64,000 nucleotides of DNA from Gemmatimonadota bacterium (GCA_041487875.1 JBGPOE010000010.1:4453-68452), one strand, 5' to 3'. Positions 45,364 through 55,009 are shown, counted from the stretch's first letter. Numbers and translations are program-made. The notes: generated by a model not told the origin, from the sequence alone.

Positions 45364-46506
45364 TCAGCGCGGACCCAGTGCCGTTAGCAGCGCGTCTCCC
45401 AACACCTCCACTTGCCACCGCCGCAGCTCGGGTACCTGCAGCAGCCCTGCGCGATTCACCGGCTTAGCGCGCGCCACCGCTTCGAGCGTGGTGCGCCCGC
45501 ACAGCACGCCGGGATCGAGCCCCAACTTCTCGGCGACACGCGTCCGGGCCGCCTTCAGCCGCTCGACGCACTCGTCGAATCCGGGTTCCTTGGGCAGGCG
45601 GCGGGTGCGCTCGAGCTGGGGCAGGTCCCGCTCGGGAATGGCCCGCGCGCGCCGCACGGCGTCCAGCAAGGCGGGGCCGTGGCGCCGCGCCAGCGATGCC
45701 GGCAACTCCCGCACTCGCGCCAGAGCATCGGGCGAGTCGGGCAGGGCCTTGGCGACGCCCAACAACACGTCCGGTCCCACCACGCGGAACGGGGCCTTGT
45801 CTTCCCGCGCGGCCACGGTTTCACGCCAGTTGAACAGCTCGCGCAGCGCGGCCAGCTGACGCGGCGCGAGCGTCTTGGCGCCCTTCACCCGGAGGTAGGC
45901 GTCAGAGTCGTCGTCTCCCGGGCCCGTCCACCGCAGCGCTTCCAGCCGGACGAACTCCTCCTCTGCCCAGGCCAGACGGCCGAGGGTCTCCAGGCGGGCG
46001 CGTAGCGCGGCGCGCAGCTCCGGGAGATGGCGCGTGTCGGCCGCGGCGTATTCGAGCATCGCGGGCGGCAGCGGGCGCTGCGACCAGTCGGCCTTCTGAT
46101 GAGTTTTCGATAGCTTCACGCCGGCGTACTTCTCGAGCAGGGACGCGAGGCCGATGGCCGGCTCGCCCGCCAGTTGCGCCGCGATGCGCGTGTCGAACAG
46201 GCGCTTGGCGCGGAAGCCGTAGTCGCGGTCGAGAATGCGGAGGTCGTAGTCCGCGTCGTGGAAGATCTTCTCGACCTGCGGATCGGCGAGCAGCGCGCCC
46301 ACTGGGCTTAGATCGGCGACGGCCAGCGGGTCCACCACGGCGGTTTCCGTGCCGGCCGAAAGCTGGATCAGATAGATGCGGTCGCGATAGCGGTGAAAGC
46401 TCGCCGCCTCCGTGTCCGCCGCGACCAGCGGCGCCCGGCGGAACCGGGCGACGATCTCACCGAGCGCCTCGGGCGTCTGCACGAAGTGATCGGGAGGAGG
46501 AGTCAC
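45364..46506 (-). CDS. rnd: ribonuclease D
   Basis: DEDDy exonuclease motifs (VAADTEAAS, FHDADYDLRIL, YAAADTRHL) plus an HRDC region. GTG 46506 overlaps the upstream small ORF's stop (GTGA). Confidence 0.85.
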   Translation of the reverse strand: MTPPPDHFVQTPEALGEIVARFRRAPLVAADTEAASFHRYRDRIYLIQLSAGTETAVVDPLAVADLSPVGALLADPQVEKIFHDADYDLRILDRDYGFRAKRLFDTRIAAQLAGEPAIGLASLLEKYAGVKLSKTHQKADWSQRPLPPAMLEYAAADTRHLPELRAALRARLETLGRLAWAEEEFVRLEALRWTGPGDDDSDAYLRVKGAKTLAPRQLAALRELFNWRETVAAREDKAPFRVVGPDVLLGVAKALPDSPDALARVRELPASLARRHGPALLDAVRRARAIPERDLPQLERTRRLPKEPGFDECVERLKAARTRVAEKLGLDPGVLCGRTTLEAVARAKPVNRAGLLQVPELRRWQVEVLGDALLTALGPR

Positions 46507-46673
46507 TCCTGTTTGGCGACCTGGTCGAGACCAGCCGCGATTTGCTCCAGCGCTTTGGCGAGCGTCTTGTAGAATTCGGGGTCCGGCGCCTGCGGCGGGC
46601 CGCCGAATGGATCGCCGGCGCACTTGCGCGCCAGCCGGGCGGCGTGGCGGATATAGTCGGTGGCGACTGACAT
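46503..46673 (-). CDS. hypothetical small protein (56 aa)
   Basis: MSVATDYIRHAARLARKCAGDPFGG... Strong G/C third-position bias; translationally coupled to rnd. No recognisable motif. Confidence 0.45.
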   Translation of the reverse strand: MSVATDYIRHAARLARKCAGDPFGGPPQAPDPEFYKTLAKALEQIAAGLDQVAKQE

Positions 46674-47643
46674 GATGCCTGATCCGAAGCGGTTGTCGGA
46701 TAAGATAAGGGACGGGCTCCACGCCCGCAGTCTCGGCGCGCGGCCCACGCCCCTCGCAGACGCGCCGTCGCTCGCCCGGGTGACGGGTTTGGAGGCCCTG
46801 TGGCTGAAACGTGAAGACCGCCTGGGTGGCAATAAAGTGCGCTCCCTCGAATTCTTGCTCGCCAGAGCGTCGCCCGGCGACGTCGTGCTCACGATCGGCG
46901 GGACCGGCTCCACTCACTGTCTCGCTACCGCCTTGCACGCGCGCGCGCTTGGCTGCCGGGTGGCCCTGGCGCAGTTTCCGCAGCCCGAAACCGACAACGC
47001 CCTCGCGACGGCCGCCGCCACGATGACCCACGCCGATATTCTGCGCCGGGCACGTACCCATGCCACGTTCCCGCTTGCTCTCTTCACGGCGTTCGCCGCG
47101 GCGCGTCGCCTCGGACCGGTCACGTGGATTCCGGGCGGTGGCGCGTCAGCGGCGGGCGTCGTGGGCCAGGTGCTCGCGGGCCTCGAGCTCGCCGGGCAGA
47201 TCGAGACGCCACCCGACGCCATCGTGACCCCGCTCGGGTCCGGCGGCACGGCCGCGGGTCTCGCGCTCGCCACGATGGCGCTCGGCTGGCCCACGCGCAT
47301 TGTCGCCGTGCGCGTCGCCCCGGTGATCGTCGCGAACCGCTGGCGGATTGCCCGGCTCGCAGCCGCCGCGCGACGCCTCCTCGCTCGCCACGGCACGCCG
47401 CTCCCCGCCTCCCGCTCCCCCCTCGCTGTTTTGGTCGTCGACGCTCTTGGTCCGGGGTACGGCCACCCGACGCCGGCGGGTGAGGCGGCATGTCGGCTCG
47501 CGGCGGAACACGGGCTCGCGCTCGACTCGACGTATGGCGGTAAGGCGTTCGCGGTGCTGCCCGACTGCGCCCGGCGTGGGTTTCGGCGCGTCATCTTCTG
47601 GCATACGTTTGCTCGGCCGAACGCCTCGGAGCCCGCCGCGTGA
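46672..47643 (+). CDS. PLP-dependent ACC deaminase / D-cysteine desulfhydrase family protein
   Basis: LWLKREDRLGGNKVRSLEFLL (PLP-Lys motif). Start taken as ATG 46672; GTG 46660 is an alternative. Confidence 0.75.
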   Translation: MMPDPKRLSDKIRDGLHARSLGARPTPLADAPSLARVTGLEALWLKREDRLGGNKVRSLEFLLARASPGDVVLTIGGTGSTHCLATALHARALGCRVALAQFPQPETDNALATAAATMTHADILRRARTHATFPLALFTAFAAARRLGPVTWIPGGGASAAGVVGQVLAGLELAGQIETPPDAIVTPLGSGGTAAGLALATMALGWPTRIVAVRVAPVIVANRWRIARLAAAARRLLARHGTPLPASRSPLAVLVVDALGPGYGHPTPAGEAACRLAAEHGLALDSTYGGKAFAVLPDCARRGFRRVIFWHTFARPNASEPAA

Positions 47644-48845
47644 GCCCGTTCCCGACCGTCGATGTGACGGTGTACCCCTACGACTGCGATGCCTTCGGCC
47701 ACCTGAACCAGGGCGCGTGCCTGCTGCTCCTCGAGCGGGCGCGCTGGGACGCGCTGGCGCGGGGGCCCGGCATGGACTTGTTCAGACGCAACGGCGTATG
47801 GCCCGCCGTCCGCCGCACCACCATCGAATACAAGACCGGCGCTTTTCCCGGCGACGTGCTACGGGTGGAGACTGCGATCGTGGACCGGGGGACGACGAGC
47901 TTCACGATGCGGCACGTCATGCGCCGGCTCGCGGACGACGCCGTCGTGGCGGATGCCGAGATGGTGTTCGTCTGCATCAACGCCGTGGGGCGTCCCACTC
48001 CAGTGCCGGAGGAAGTCGCCCGGGTGCTGGGGCCGTCGCGGGCCACCGCCCGCGACCCGTTGCGCGTGGCGGCGGACGGTGCCGAGCTGGCCGTCGAGGT
48101 ACGTGGGGAAGGGCTCCCGGTCTTGCTGGTGCACGGCATGCCGTTCGATCGCTCGATGTGGCGGCATCAGATCGCGGCGTTGCCGCGCTGCAAGCGCATC
48201 GCATGCGACATGCGCGGTGTGGGAGATTCGACTTCCCCGGCGGACGGTTACACGCTGGCGCGATACGCCGACGATTTGGTGGCGGTGCTCGATGCGCTTG
48301 GCGTGAGGCGGGCGGTGGTGTGCGGGCTGTCGATGGGTGGTTATATCGCGTTCGAGTTGTTACGGCGTCACCCCGATCGCATCGCCGCGCTGGTGCTCGC
48401 CGACACGCGCGCCGAGGCCGACAGCGCGGACGTCCGGCGCCGTCGCGACGAGCTCGCTGCCCTCGCCGAGCGCGACGGTACGTTGGCGGTGGCGGAGCGC
48501 CTGCTGCCCGATCTCGTGAGCCCCGCCACCCGCTCGGCACAGCCGGAGCTACTCGATGTGGTGCGCGCTATGGCGGGCCGGTGGACGGTTCCGGGGCTGG
48601 TCGGAGCGCTGCGAGTGCTGCGTGATCGACCGGACTCTACGGAGACGCTGAGCCGGGTCGCGGTGCCGGCGCTGGTGTTGGGCGGCAGCGATGACGCGGT
48701 GACACCGCCCGACGTCGTCAAGCGGCTCGCCGCCGTGATCCCGGGAGCCCGCTACGCCGCGGTAGCCGCGGCGGGGCACTTGGCACCGCTGGAGCAGCCG
48801 CTCGCCACAACCCGGCTGATCGCGGACTTCCTGGAGACCCTCTAG
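47640..48845 (+). CDS. fusion protein: 4HBT/YbgC-like acyl-CoA thioesterase plus alpha/beta-hydrolase
   Basis: N-terminal hot-dog motif [15 protein letters not shown]-terminal [10 protein letters not shown] (oxyanion region) and nucleophile elbow GLSMGG. Confidence 0.75.
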   Translation: MSPFPTVDVTVYPYDCDAFGHLNQGACLLLLERARWDALARGPGMDLFRRNGVWPAVRRTTIEYKTGAFPGDVLRVETAIVDRGTTSFTMRHVMRRLADDAVVADAEMVFVCINAVGRPTPVPEEVARVLGPSRATARDPLRVAADGAELAVEVRGEGLPVLLVHGMPFDRSMWRHQIAALPRCKRIACDMRGVGDSTSPADGYTLARYADDLVAVLDALGVRRAVVCGLSMGGYIAFELLRRHPDRIAALVLADTRAEADSADVRRRRDELAALAERDGTLAVAERLLPDLVSPATRSAQPELLDVVRAMAGRWTVPGLVGALRVLRDRPDSTETLSRVAVPALVLGGSDDAVTPPDVVKRLAAVIPGARYAAVAAAGHLAPLEQPLATTRLIADFLETL

Positions 48846-49114
48846 CTGCCTTTACGCAGGGGCTTGCCGGGCGGAGTGTCGCTCTGGAAGATGTCGCGGT
48901 TCTTCGCGATGTAGCTCTTCCACTGGGGCGGGGTGTCTTCCTCGGGGAAGATGGCCGTGACGGGGCACTCCGGCTCGCAGGCGCCGCAGTCGATGCATTC
49001 GTCGGGGTGGATGTACAACATGTCCGGGCCCTCGTAGATGCAATCCACGGGGCACACGTCAACGCAGGAGCGATCTTTGACGTTGATGCAGGGCTCGGCA
49101 ATGATGTACGGCAT
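48842..49114 (-). CDS. fdxA: 7Fe-type ferredoxin ([3Fe-4S][4Fe-4S])
   Basis: [22 protein letters not shown] (C-x7-C-x3-CP) and [12 protein letters not shown] (C-x2-C-x2-C-x3-CP). Start is ATG 49114, inside ORF 48842..49150. Confidence 0.9.
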   Translation of the reverse strand: MPYIIAEPCINVKDRSCVDVCPVDCIYEGPDMLYIHPDECIDCGACEPECPVTAIFPEEDTPPQWKSYIAKNRDIFQSDTPPGKPLRKGS

Positions 49115-49302
49115 CCGCGGTTCTCCGGAAGGCGCCGCCCGCAACTCCAAGGAGCGCGTGGACCCACAAAAGTAGAAAGCACCCCACCTCAGTCAAGGTT
49201 CGAGGTGCGCTTGCCGCTTGACGTTAGCGCGTTGCGCGCGACCGCTCCCGCACGCCAGACTGCGCTTGGACCAGTTGCTATCCCTACTCCGCCAAGATCC
49301 GC

Positions 49303-49330
49303 AGTTAAGATACCCAACAGTATCTTAACT
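49303..49330. promoter_or_regulatory. perfect 11-bp inverted repeat AGTTAAGATAC-N6-GTATCTTAACT; candidate TetR operator
   Basis: Read directly from the sequence. It lies in the 275-nt fdxA/TetR divergent spacer. Confidence 0.4.
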
Positions 49331-49373
49331 TGATGTTCTGGCGACCAAGATACTAGCGATTTCAGTACTCATC

Positions 49374-49388
49374 GGTATCATAGATACC
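49374..49388. promoter_or_regulatory. palindrome GGTATC-ATA-GATACC abutting the TetR start codon
   Basis: It shares the GATAC/GTATC half-site with the 49303-49330 repeat. A further GATAC is at 49349-49353. Confidence 0.35.
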
Positions 49389-49389
49389 T

Positions 49390-49785
49390 ATGGGTACTAT
49401 CCGTGCACGCCGCAAGGCGGAAACGCGCTCCCTGCTCCTCGAGGCTGGTCTGCGCCTGTTCGCGCAACGAGGCTTTGACGGCGCAACACTGGACGACATC
49501 GCTGACTCGGCTGGATTCACCAAGGGAGCAGTGTATCGCCAGTTCCCCTCGAAATCAGCGTTCCTGCTGGCCTTGTTCGAGCAGTACGCGGCCGTGGCCC
49601 GGGCGGGATCCGGTGCACGGCAAGCCTCTTGGTTCATTCCCATCACCATTCATTTCGCCGCCCAAGCGCTGCGCGACCCACTGCTGCGCCGGCGGTTCCC
49701 CGTCGTCTTGGCCGAGGCGCCCGACGGCGGCACAGCCGATGGGGCGCTACTCAAGGCCTTAGCCCGTGTGTTCGCTCCGGCCTAG
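49390..49785 (+). CDS. TetR-family transcriptional regulator, unusually short (131 aa)
   Basis: N-terminal [43 protein letters not shown]. The stop overlaps the thiC stop convergently by 4 nt. Confidence 0.75.
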   Translation: MGTIRARRKAETRSLLLEAGLRLFAQRGFDGATLDDIADSAGFTKGAVYRQFPSKSAFLLALFEQYAAVARAGSGARQASWFIPITIHFAAQALRDPLLRRRFPVVLAEAPDGGTADGALLKALARVFAPA

Positions 49786-51131
49786 TCCGCGGGCACCGCC
49801 TCCCGTTTCTCGTTCTCCCGCGGGTCACGGACACCCAACGACCGCTCGATCTCCCGCGTGATGTGCATGGAGCAGAACTTGGGCCCGCACATGGCGCAGA
49901 ACTCGGCGCTCTTGAAGTACTCGGCCGGCAACGCCTCGTCGTGCAGTTCGCGCGCCCGGTCGGGGTCGAGCGACAAGCGGAATTGCTCGTTCCAGTCGAA
50001 ACCGTACCGCGCCCGCGACAGGGCATCGTCACGGTCGCGCACCCCGGGGCGGCGCCGCGCGATGTCCGCCGCGTGGGCCGCGATCTTGTAGGCGATCACG
50101 CCCTCGCGCACCTCCTCGGCGTTGGGCAGGCCGAGGTGCTCCTTGCGGGTCACGTAGCAGAGCATGTCGGCCCCGTACCAGCCGATCATCGCCGCACCGA
50201 TCGCCGACGTGATGTGATCGTACCCCGGAGCGATGTCGGTCACGAGCGGGCCCAGGGTGTAGAACGGCGCCTCGTGACAGATCTCCTTCTCCAGCCGCAC
50301 GTTCAGCTCGATCTGGTGCATCGGGATGTGTCCCGGGCCCTCGATCATCACCTGCACGTCCCTGGCCCACGCTCGCTCGGTGAGCTCCCCCAGCACGGTG
50401 AGCTCGGCCAGCTGCGCCTTGTCAGTGGCGTCGGCGAGGGAGCCCGGCCGCAAGCCGTCGCCCAACGACAACGTCACGTCGTACTCGCGCGCGATATCAA
50501 GCAGACGGTCGTAGTGGGCGTACAGCGGGTTCTGCTTACCGTGCTGCGTCATCCAATAGGCCATGAGCGAGCCGCCGCGACTGACGATGCCCGTCACGCG
50601 GCCGAGCGCGAAGGGAATGTGCTCGCGCAGAATGCCCGCGTGCACGGTGACATAATCCACGCCCTGGTGCGCTTGGTGCTCGATGTTGTCGAAGATGTGG
50701 TCCACCGTCAGCGTGGATACGTCGCCCGCGGCTTCGATTGCCTGGTAGATCGGCACGGTGCCGATCGGCACCGGGGACGCGGCGATGATCGCCACGCGGA
50801 TCGCGTCGATGTCCCCGCCGGTGGAGAGATCCATGACCGTGTCGGCGCCGTAATGCACGGCGTGGTGGAGCTTCTCCAGCTCCTGGTCGATGTTCGAGCC
50901 GACCGCCGAGTTGCCGATGTTGGCGTTGATCTTGACGCTCGCGACCTTCCCGATGGCCATCGGGTCCAGCCGCTGCGCCAGGTGGTTCACGTTGGCGGGG
51001 ATCACCAGCCGTCCGCGCGCCACTTCCTCTCGAATGAGCTCGGGGTCGAGCTGTTCCCGCTCGGCGACCCGCCGCATCTCCGGCGTGATCGTACTCTGGC
51101 GGGCCAAGTACATCTGCGTCTTGACGCTCAT
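49782..51131 (-). CDS. thiC: phosphomethylpyrimidine synthase ThiC
   Basis: Conserved ThiC core and C-terminal [12 protein letters not shown] Fe-S motif. I prefer ATG 51131 (MSVKTQMY) because ATG 51152 lies inside the TPP riboswitch. Confidence 0.95.
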   Translation of the reverse strand: MSVKTQMYLARQSTITPEMRRVAEREQLDPELIREEVARGRLVIPANVNHLAQRLDPMAIGKVASVKINANIGNSAVGSNIDQELEKLHHAVHYGADTVMDLSTGGDIDAIRVAIIAASPVPIGTVPIYQAIEAAGDVSTLTVDHIFDNIEHQAHQGVDYVTVHAGILREHIPFALGRVTGIVSRGGSLMAYWMTQHGKQNPLYAHYDRLLDIAREYDVTLSLGDGLRPGSLADATDKAQLAELTVLGELTERAWARDVQVMIEGPGHIPMHQIELNVRLEKEICHEAPFYTLGPLVTDIAPGYDHITSAIGAAMIGWYGADMLCYVTRKEHLGLPNAEEVREGVIAYKIAAHAADIARRRPGVRDRDDALSRARYGFDWNEQFRLSLDPDRARELHDEALPAEYFKSAEFCAMCGPKFCSMHITREIERSLGVRDPRENEKREAVPAD

Positions 51132-51222
51132 TGCGACTCCCTTCGCCGGCATGATCCGGATCAGGTGTTGAGGGTTTGTTCTCAGCCCGCTCGCGAGCGG
51201 GCACCCCTGTCACCGCGCAATC
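51128..51222 (-). promoter_or_regulatory. TPP (THI-box) riboswitch
   Basis: The minus strand reads ACAGGGGTGCCCGCTCGCGAGCGGGCTGAGAACAAACCCTCAACACCTGATCCGGATCATGCCGGCGAAGGGAGTCGCAATG. This matches the conserved GGGGUGC...CUGAGA...ACCCU...ACCUGAUCYGGAUAAUGCCAGCGnAGGGA pattern. The P1 3' strand (GTCGCAA) abuts the start codon. Confidence 0.9.
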
Positions 51223-51241
51223 TAGCTGCGGGAGACCGGCG

Positions 51242-54200
51242 CTATCTAGCCTCCTCCACCAACAGCGTGAGGATCTCCCAGGGCCGCAGTGTGAGCGTGA
51301 CCGTGCGGCCGTCGCGGGCCACAGGAAGCGCCGCCGCCGGATCCTCCAGCAGGTTGGCGATCCGCACCCGCGCGATGCGTCGCCCGATAGCCAGCGTCGT
51401 GGTGGCTGGCCGCCCATGCCACTCGACCAGCCGCAGCACCCACGCGTCGGAGTCCTCGGCGCGTTTCAGAGCGGTGACGTAGACGTTCTCCGCCGCCACG
51501 GTCGCGAACGACCACGAATGGCCGTACACGCCGCCGTGTCCCGGCTCGGGTGCGGCGAGCAGCGGCCAGTTGAACTCCTGCCCGCGCCGCTCGGTCAGTG
51601 CCGCGCGCCAGTCGCCCGTGTGGGGATAGACGGCGAATTGGAAACGCTGCGGTCCGCGATCGGCGAGCGAGTCGGGCCACAGGGGCGCGCGCAAGAGACT
51701 CAATCGCATCGTGTGGCCGCGCGTGTCCCAGCCGTACTTGGAGTCGTTCAGCAGGCTCACGCCGAAATCCGGCCCCGACAAATCGGCCCAGCGATGGCCC
51801 GCATGCTCGTACTTGGCCCGCTCGGCCTGGGTCCGCGGGGCCGTGGGCTGGCCGATTGCGCCGTACGCGATCTCGTACGTCGCGCTGTCGGCCGTGACGT
51901 TCCAGTCGAACGCTACCTTCAGGAGCCGGTGGGTCTCGTGCCAGTCGATCGCGTTGTCCACCACCAACAGCGGTTCGTCGCGCCGCAAGATCAGCCGTTG
52001 GACGATGCGCGTGCCGTTCCAGGGCTTCTCGACCTCGATCCACGTGCTCATCTCGTCGGATCCCCGGCGCACCCGTCGCACCGAATCGAGCGGCCAGCGC
52101 TCGCCCGTGTAGCCGATGTCCCAGGCGTCCCACTGGCGCGGCTGGTCGCCGAACAGCTGCAGTGCGTTGCCGCGGCCGCCCGGCGCGAGCGCGTCCCGCT
52201 TGGCGCGCTTGTCGTACAACCGTGTGATTTGACCCGTGGTGGTATCGACATCCACCGCGAGGAAGTCGTTTTCGAGGTGCGCCGGGCCGCTCGTCAGCGT
52301 CCCTTCCGAGCCGCTGCCCGTGCGAATCCAGAACACCTTGAAGCCCAGCGACGGGACTTCGCGCGCCAGGAAGCGCAGCGTATCCCCGTCGACCTCGGCG
52401 AGCGTGGCGCGCTTCGCCGCGTCCACCGCCCGCAGGAAGCGGCTGTTCTTGAGGGACGCGAATGCACTATCCAGCAGCACCGCGGCGTAGGAGGAGCGGA
52501 CCCAGGAAGAAGGATTGAATACCACGATTGGCACGCCCTCGCCTCGCGTGTCCACTTGCGCGCGCAACCGCGCGAAGGCGGCGTCGCGCACCGCCGCCGC
52601 TACGGTTTGCGCGCTATCGTAGGTGCGCATCGCGTCGAGGTAGACGCGATGAATGCCCGACCCGGGCAGCAAGTCGTGGAATTGATTGAACAACACCTGG
52701 TGCCACGCCTGCTCGAGGTCGCGTCGCGGGTACGGCGCCGTGTCCAGCGCGGCCAGCATCTCGGCTGTGCCGAGCAGCTCCTCGCTGCGGCGGTTGCGCC
52801 GCTTCATCCATGACTGGGTGGTGTAGGTGCCGCGATGGTACTCGAGGTATAGCTCGTCAGACCACACGGGCCACGCCGCATCCGGATGTGCGGCTCGCAC
52901 CGTCTGCAGCGCGCGCTCCGGCGTGTCGTCGATCAACACCGGGTACGCCGGGAGGCGGCGCAGGTCGTCGCGCCGGTCGAGCATGTCGATGGTCGGCCCG
53001 CCGCCGTGATCCCCTACGCCGTACAACACCAACATCTGGTGCGCGCTGTCGGTGCGCGCGTTGTCGCTGCGCATCTCTTGGGCGAGGCGGGAGCCGTCGA
53101 GGTCGTGGTCGTATCCCCAGGGATTGTAGGAGAAGACGCGCGTCCCGTCCCGTCCCTGCCACACGAACGCGTCGTAGGGGAACTCCGTGGAGTCGTTCCA
53201 GCGGATCTTCTGCGTCACGAATGTCGTCATGCCGAGGCCGCGCCAGATCTGCGGCATCGACCATGGGTAGCCGAAGCTGTCCGGCGTCCACGCGATCTTC
53301 GAGCGCCGGCCCAATGTCCGCTGAAAGTAGCGCTGGCCGTACAGTCCCTGCCGGACGAGTGATTCACCGCCCGGGATGTTCTGATCGGCCTCGAGCCACC
53401 ACCCGCCCACCACGCTCCATGTCCCCGCGTTCGCCGCCGCGCGGATCGAGTCGACCAGCCCGGGCGCGCGCGTGTCGAGCCAGCGGTAGTACTGCGCCGA
53501 GCTGGCCGCGAAGGTCGCGCCCGGAAACTTCTGCTGGATCTTGAGCTCGGTGCGCCAGGTGTTCTCCACCACTCCCCACGTCTCGGCGTAGGGCCAGAGC
53601 CAGGCCGCATCGATGTGAGAGTTGCCGACCAGATGAATCGTGTCGGCGCGCACCCGCGCGACGAGCGGAGCGAGCAAAGAATCGTAGCGCGCCACCAGAA
53701 CGCGGTAGACACGCTTGTCGGCTTGCAGCGTGGCGGCGAGCCACACGCGCGGGTCCGGGAGCGCGACGCGCCCGCTCGAGTCTCCCAGTGCGGGCAGCAG
53801 GGCGACGTTGCGCGCGACGTCGGCGTACGTGCGGTCCCGCACGCGGGCGCGCGGCAAGTCCCACAGCTGGTGGCCGGCCGGGCGTCCAATCCGGATCGCC
53901 AGCGTGTCGCCCGCCCCGCAGGGCTCGCACAGCGCGACCGTGCCCGCCGCCCACGCCCGCGCCGCGCCGTTCACGCTGTAGCGCGCCGCGGGGCCGAGTT
54001 CCGCGGGAATCAAATCGAGTGTGAGCCCGGCGAGCGCGGGTGGCACGGTGACGTGTGCCACCAGCACTGTGTCGGACACCTGCCAATCGAGCGCGAGCCG
54101 CCCGCCCAGCAGCGTAAGCGTGGTCGCGGCATCGGCCGCGCCGCCCGACGTGACACGTGCCTTGGGCCACACGGCGACCAACTGCGCCGCGTCGCTCGTG

Positions 54201-55000
54201 CCGAGGCGCCCCAGCGTCGCGAGCGAGAACGGGAGGACGACCGCCCGGGGCTGTCCCGGCACGAGAGAGTCGGCATTGCCGCGCGCGACGGTGTCGCCGT
54301 TCAGCACGACGCGGACCGCCGCCGCGCTGGGGACGCCCGCTCCCCATGCCGCGACGCTGATGGCGCCGGTCGTGCGTAGTTGATCGCCGCTCCACGTGAA
54401 CGGCGCGGTCAGGCGCAAGGCGCCGAGCGTGATCGTGGCCGCGGGTAGCGTGCCGGGTTGCGCGTCCGGCGGCCGGCGGTTGGCCGTGGCGGGCGCCAGG
54501 CCGTCGAGCCATGCGCCGTAGCCGAACCCGCCCTGGCGATTCACCACTTTGAGAAGCAATGCGTTCCAACCGCCGGCGAGGCGCACGGTGACGCTGTCGC
54601 GCTCGACGTCCACACCCCGCGACGTGATGTGGCGGTGAATGAGCTGGCCGTTGAGCCACGCTTCGACGTCGTCGTCGCTGGTGAGAATCAGGGTGCGGGT
54701 TTCATCGCGCGGACTTCGCACGTACGCGAACGCATACACCGCGGTGTGATTCGTGACGCCGCCGAGGACGGTGTTGAGGTCTACCAAGCCATCAGGGCCG
54801 GCCACGACGGGTCGCCAGGCGGCATCGCTGTCCGGAAACGCCGTGGTCTCGCCGCCCAGGTAATCGCGCGTGACGCGCGCCGCACCGGTATCGGTGGGGA
54901 GGGGACGGGTGATGAGCCAAGCGCGGATTGGGGCCGGAGTGGCGATCGCGGGAACCGGTTGCTGCAGGGCCGCGAGGGCGGCGCAAGCGAGCGCGAGCAT
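51242..55000 (-). CDS. glycoside hydrolase family 38 alpha-mannosidase with ~440-aa N-terminal extension and signal peptide
   Basis: HLVGNSHIDAAWLWPY and TPDSFGYPWS GH38 motifs begin about 440 aa into a 1252-aa protein. The N-terminus MLALACAALAAL is signal-like. Confidence 0.85.
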   Translation of the reverse strand: MLALACAALAALQQPVPAIATPAPIRAWLITRPLPTDTGAARVTRDYLGGETTAFPDSDAAWRPVVAGPDGLVDLNTVLGGVTNHTAVYAFAYVRSPRDETRTLILTSDDDVEAWLNGQLIHRHITSRGVDVERDSVTVRLAGGWNALLLKVVNRQGGFGYGAWLDGLAPATANRRPPDAQPGTLPAATITLGALRLTAPFTWSGDQLRTTGAISVAAWGAGVPSAAAVRVVLNGDTVARGNADSLVPGQPRAVVLPFSLATLGRLGTSDAAQLVAVWPKARVTSGGAADAATTLTLLGGRLALDWQVSDTVLVAHVTVPPALAGLTLDLIPAELGPAARYSVNGAARAWAAGTVALCEPCGAGDTLAIRIGRPAGHQLWDLPRARVRDRTYADVARNVALLPALGDSSGRVALPDPRVWLAATLQADKRVYRVLVARYDSLLAPLVARVRADTIHLVGNSHIDAAWLWPYAETWGVVENTWRTELKIQQKFPGATFAASSAQYYRWLDTRAPGLVDSIRAAANAGTWSVVGGWWLEADQNIPGGESLVRQGLYGQRYFQRTLGRRSKIAWTPDSFGYPWSMPQIWRGLGMTTFVTQKIRWNDSTEFPYDAFVWQGRDGTRVFSYNPWGYDHDLDGSRLAQEMRSDNARTDSAHQMLVLYGVGDHGGGPTIDMLDRRDDLRRLPAYPVLIDDTPERALQTVRAAHPDAAWPVWSDELYLEYHRGTYTTQSWMKRRNRRSEELLGTAEMLAALDTAPYPRRDLEQAWHQVLFNQFHDLLPGSGIHRVYLDAMRTYDSAQTVAAAVRDAAFARLRAQVDTRGEGVPIVVFNPSSWVRSSYAAVLLDSAFASLKNSRFLRAVDAAKRATLAEVDGDTLRFLAREVPSLGFKVFWIRTGSGSEGTLTSGPAHLENDFLAVDVDTTTGQITRLYDKRAKRDALAPGGRGNALQLFGDQPRQWDAWDIGYTGERWPLDSVRRVRRGSDEMSTWIEVEKPWNGTRIVQRLILRRDEPLLVVDNAIDWHETHRLLKVAFDWNVTADSATYEIAYGAIGQPTAPRTQAERAKYEHAGHRWADLSGPDFGVSLLNDSKYGWDTRGHTMRLSLLRAPLWPDSLADRGPQRFQFAVYPHTGDWRAALTERRGQEFNWPLLAAPEPGHGGVYGHSWSFATVAAENVYVTALKRAEDSDAWVLRLVEWHGRPATTTLAIGRRIARVRIANLLEDPAAALPVARDGRTVTLTLRPWEILTLLVEEAR

Positions 55001-55009
55001 CGCTCCTGC

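Noticed and set aside
49160-49300. A possible tRNA or small RNA in the fdxA-TetR spacer (GGTTCGAGG T-loop-like string and CACCTC/GAGGTG inverted repeat).
   Set aside because: The putative T-arm does not base-pair, and no acceptor or anticodon stem can be drawn on either strand. I saw no conserved RNA motif. The 6-bp repeat alone is not evidence for an RNA gene.
51132-51152. A longer ThiC start at ATG 51152.
   Set aside because: That ATG lies inside the most conserved 3' segment of the TPP aptamer (AUCAUGCCGGCGAAGGGA). The downstream ATG 51131 has an AAGGGAG RBS-like sequence at appropriate spacing.
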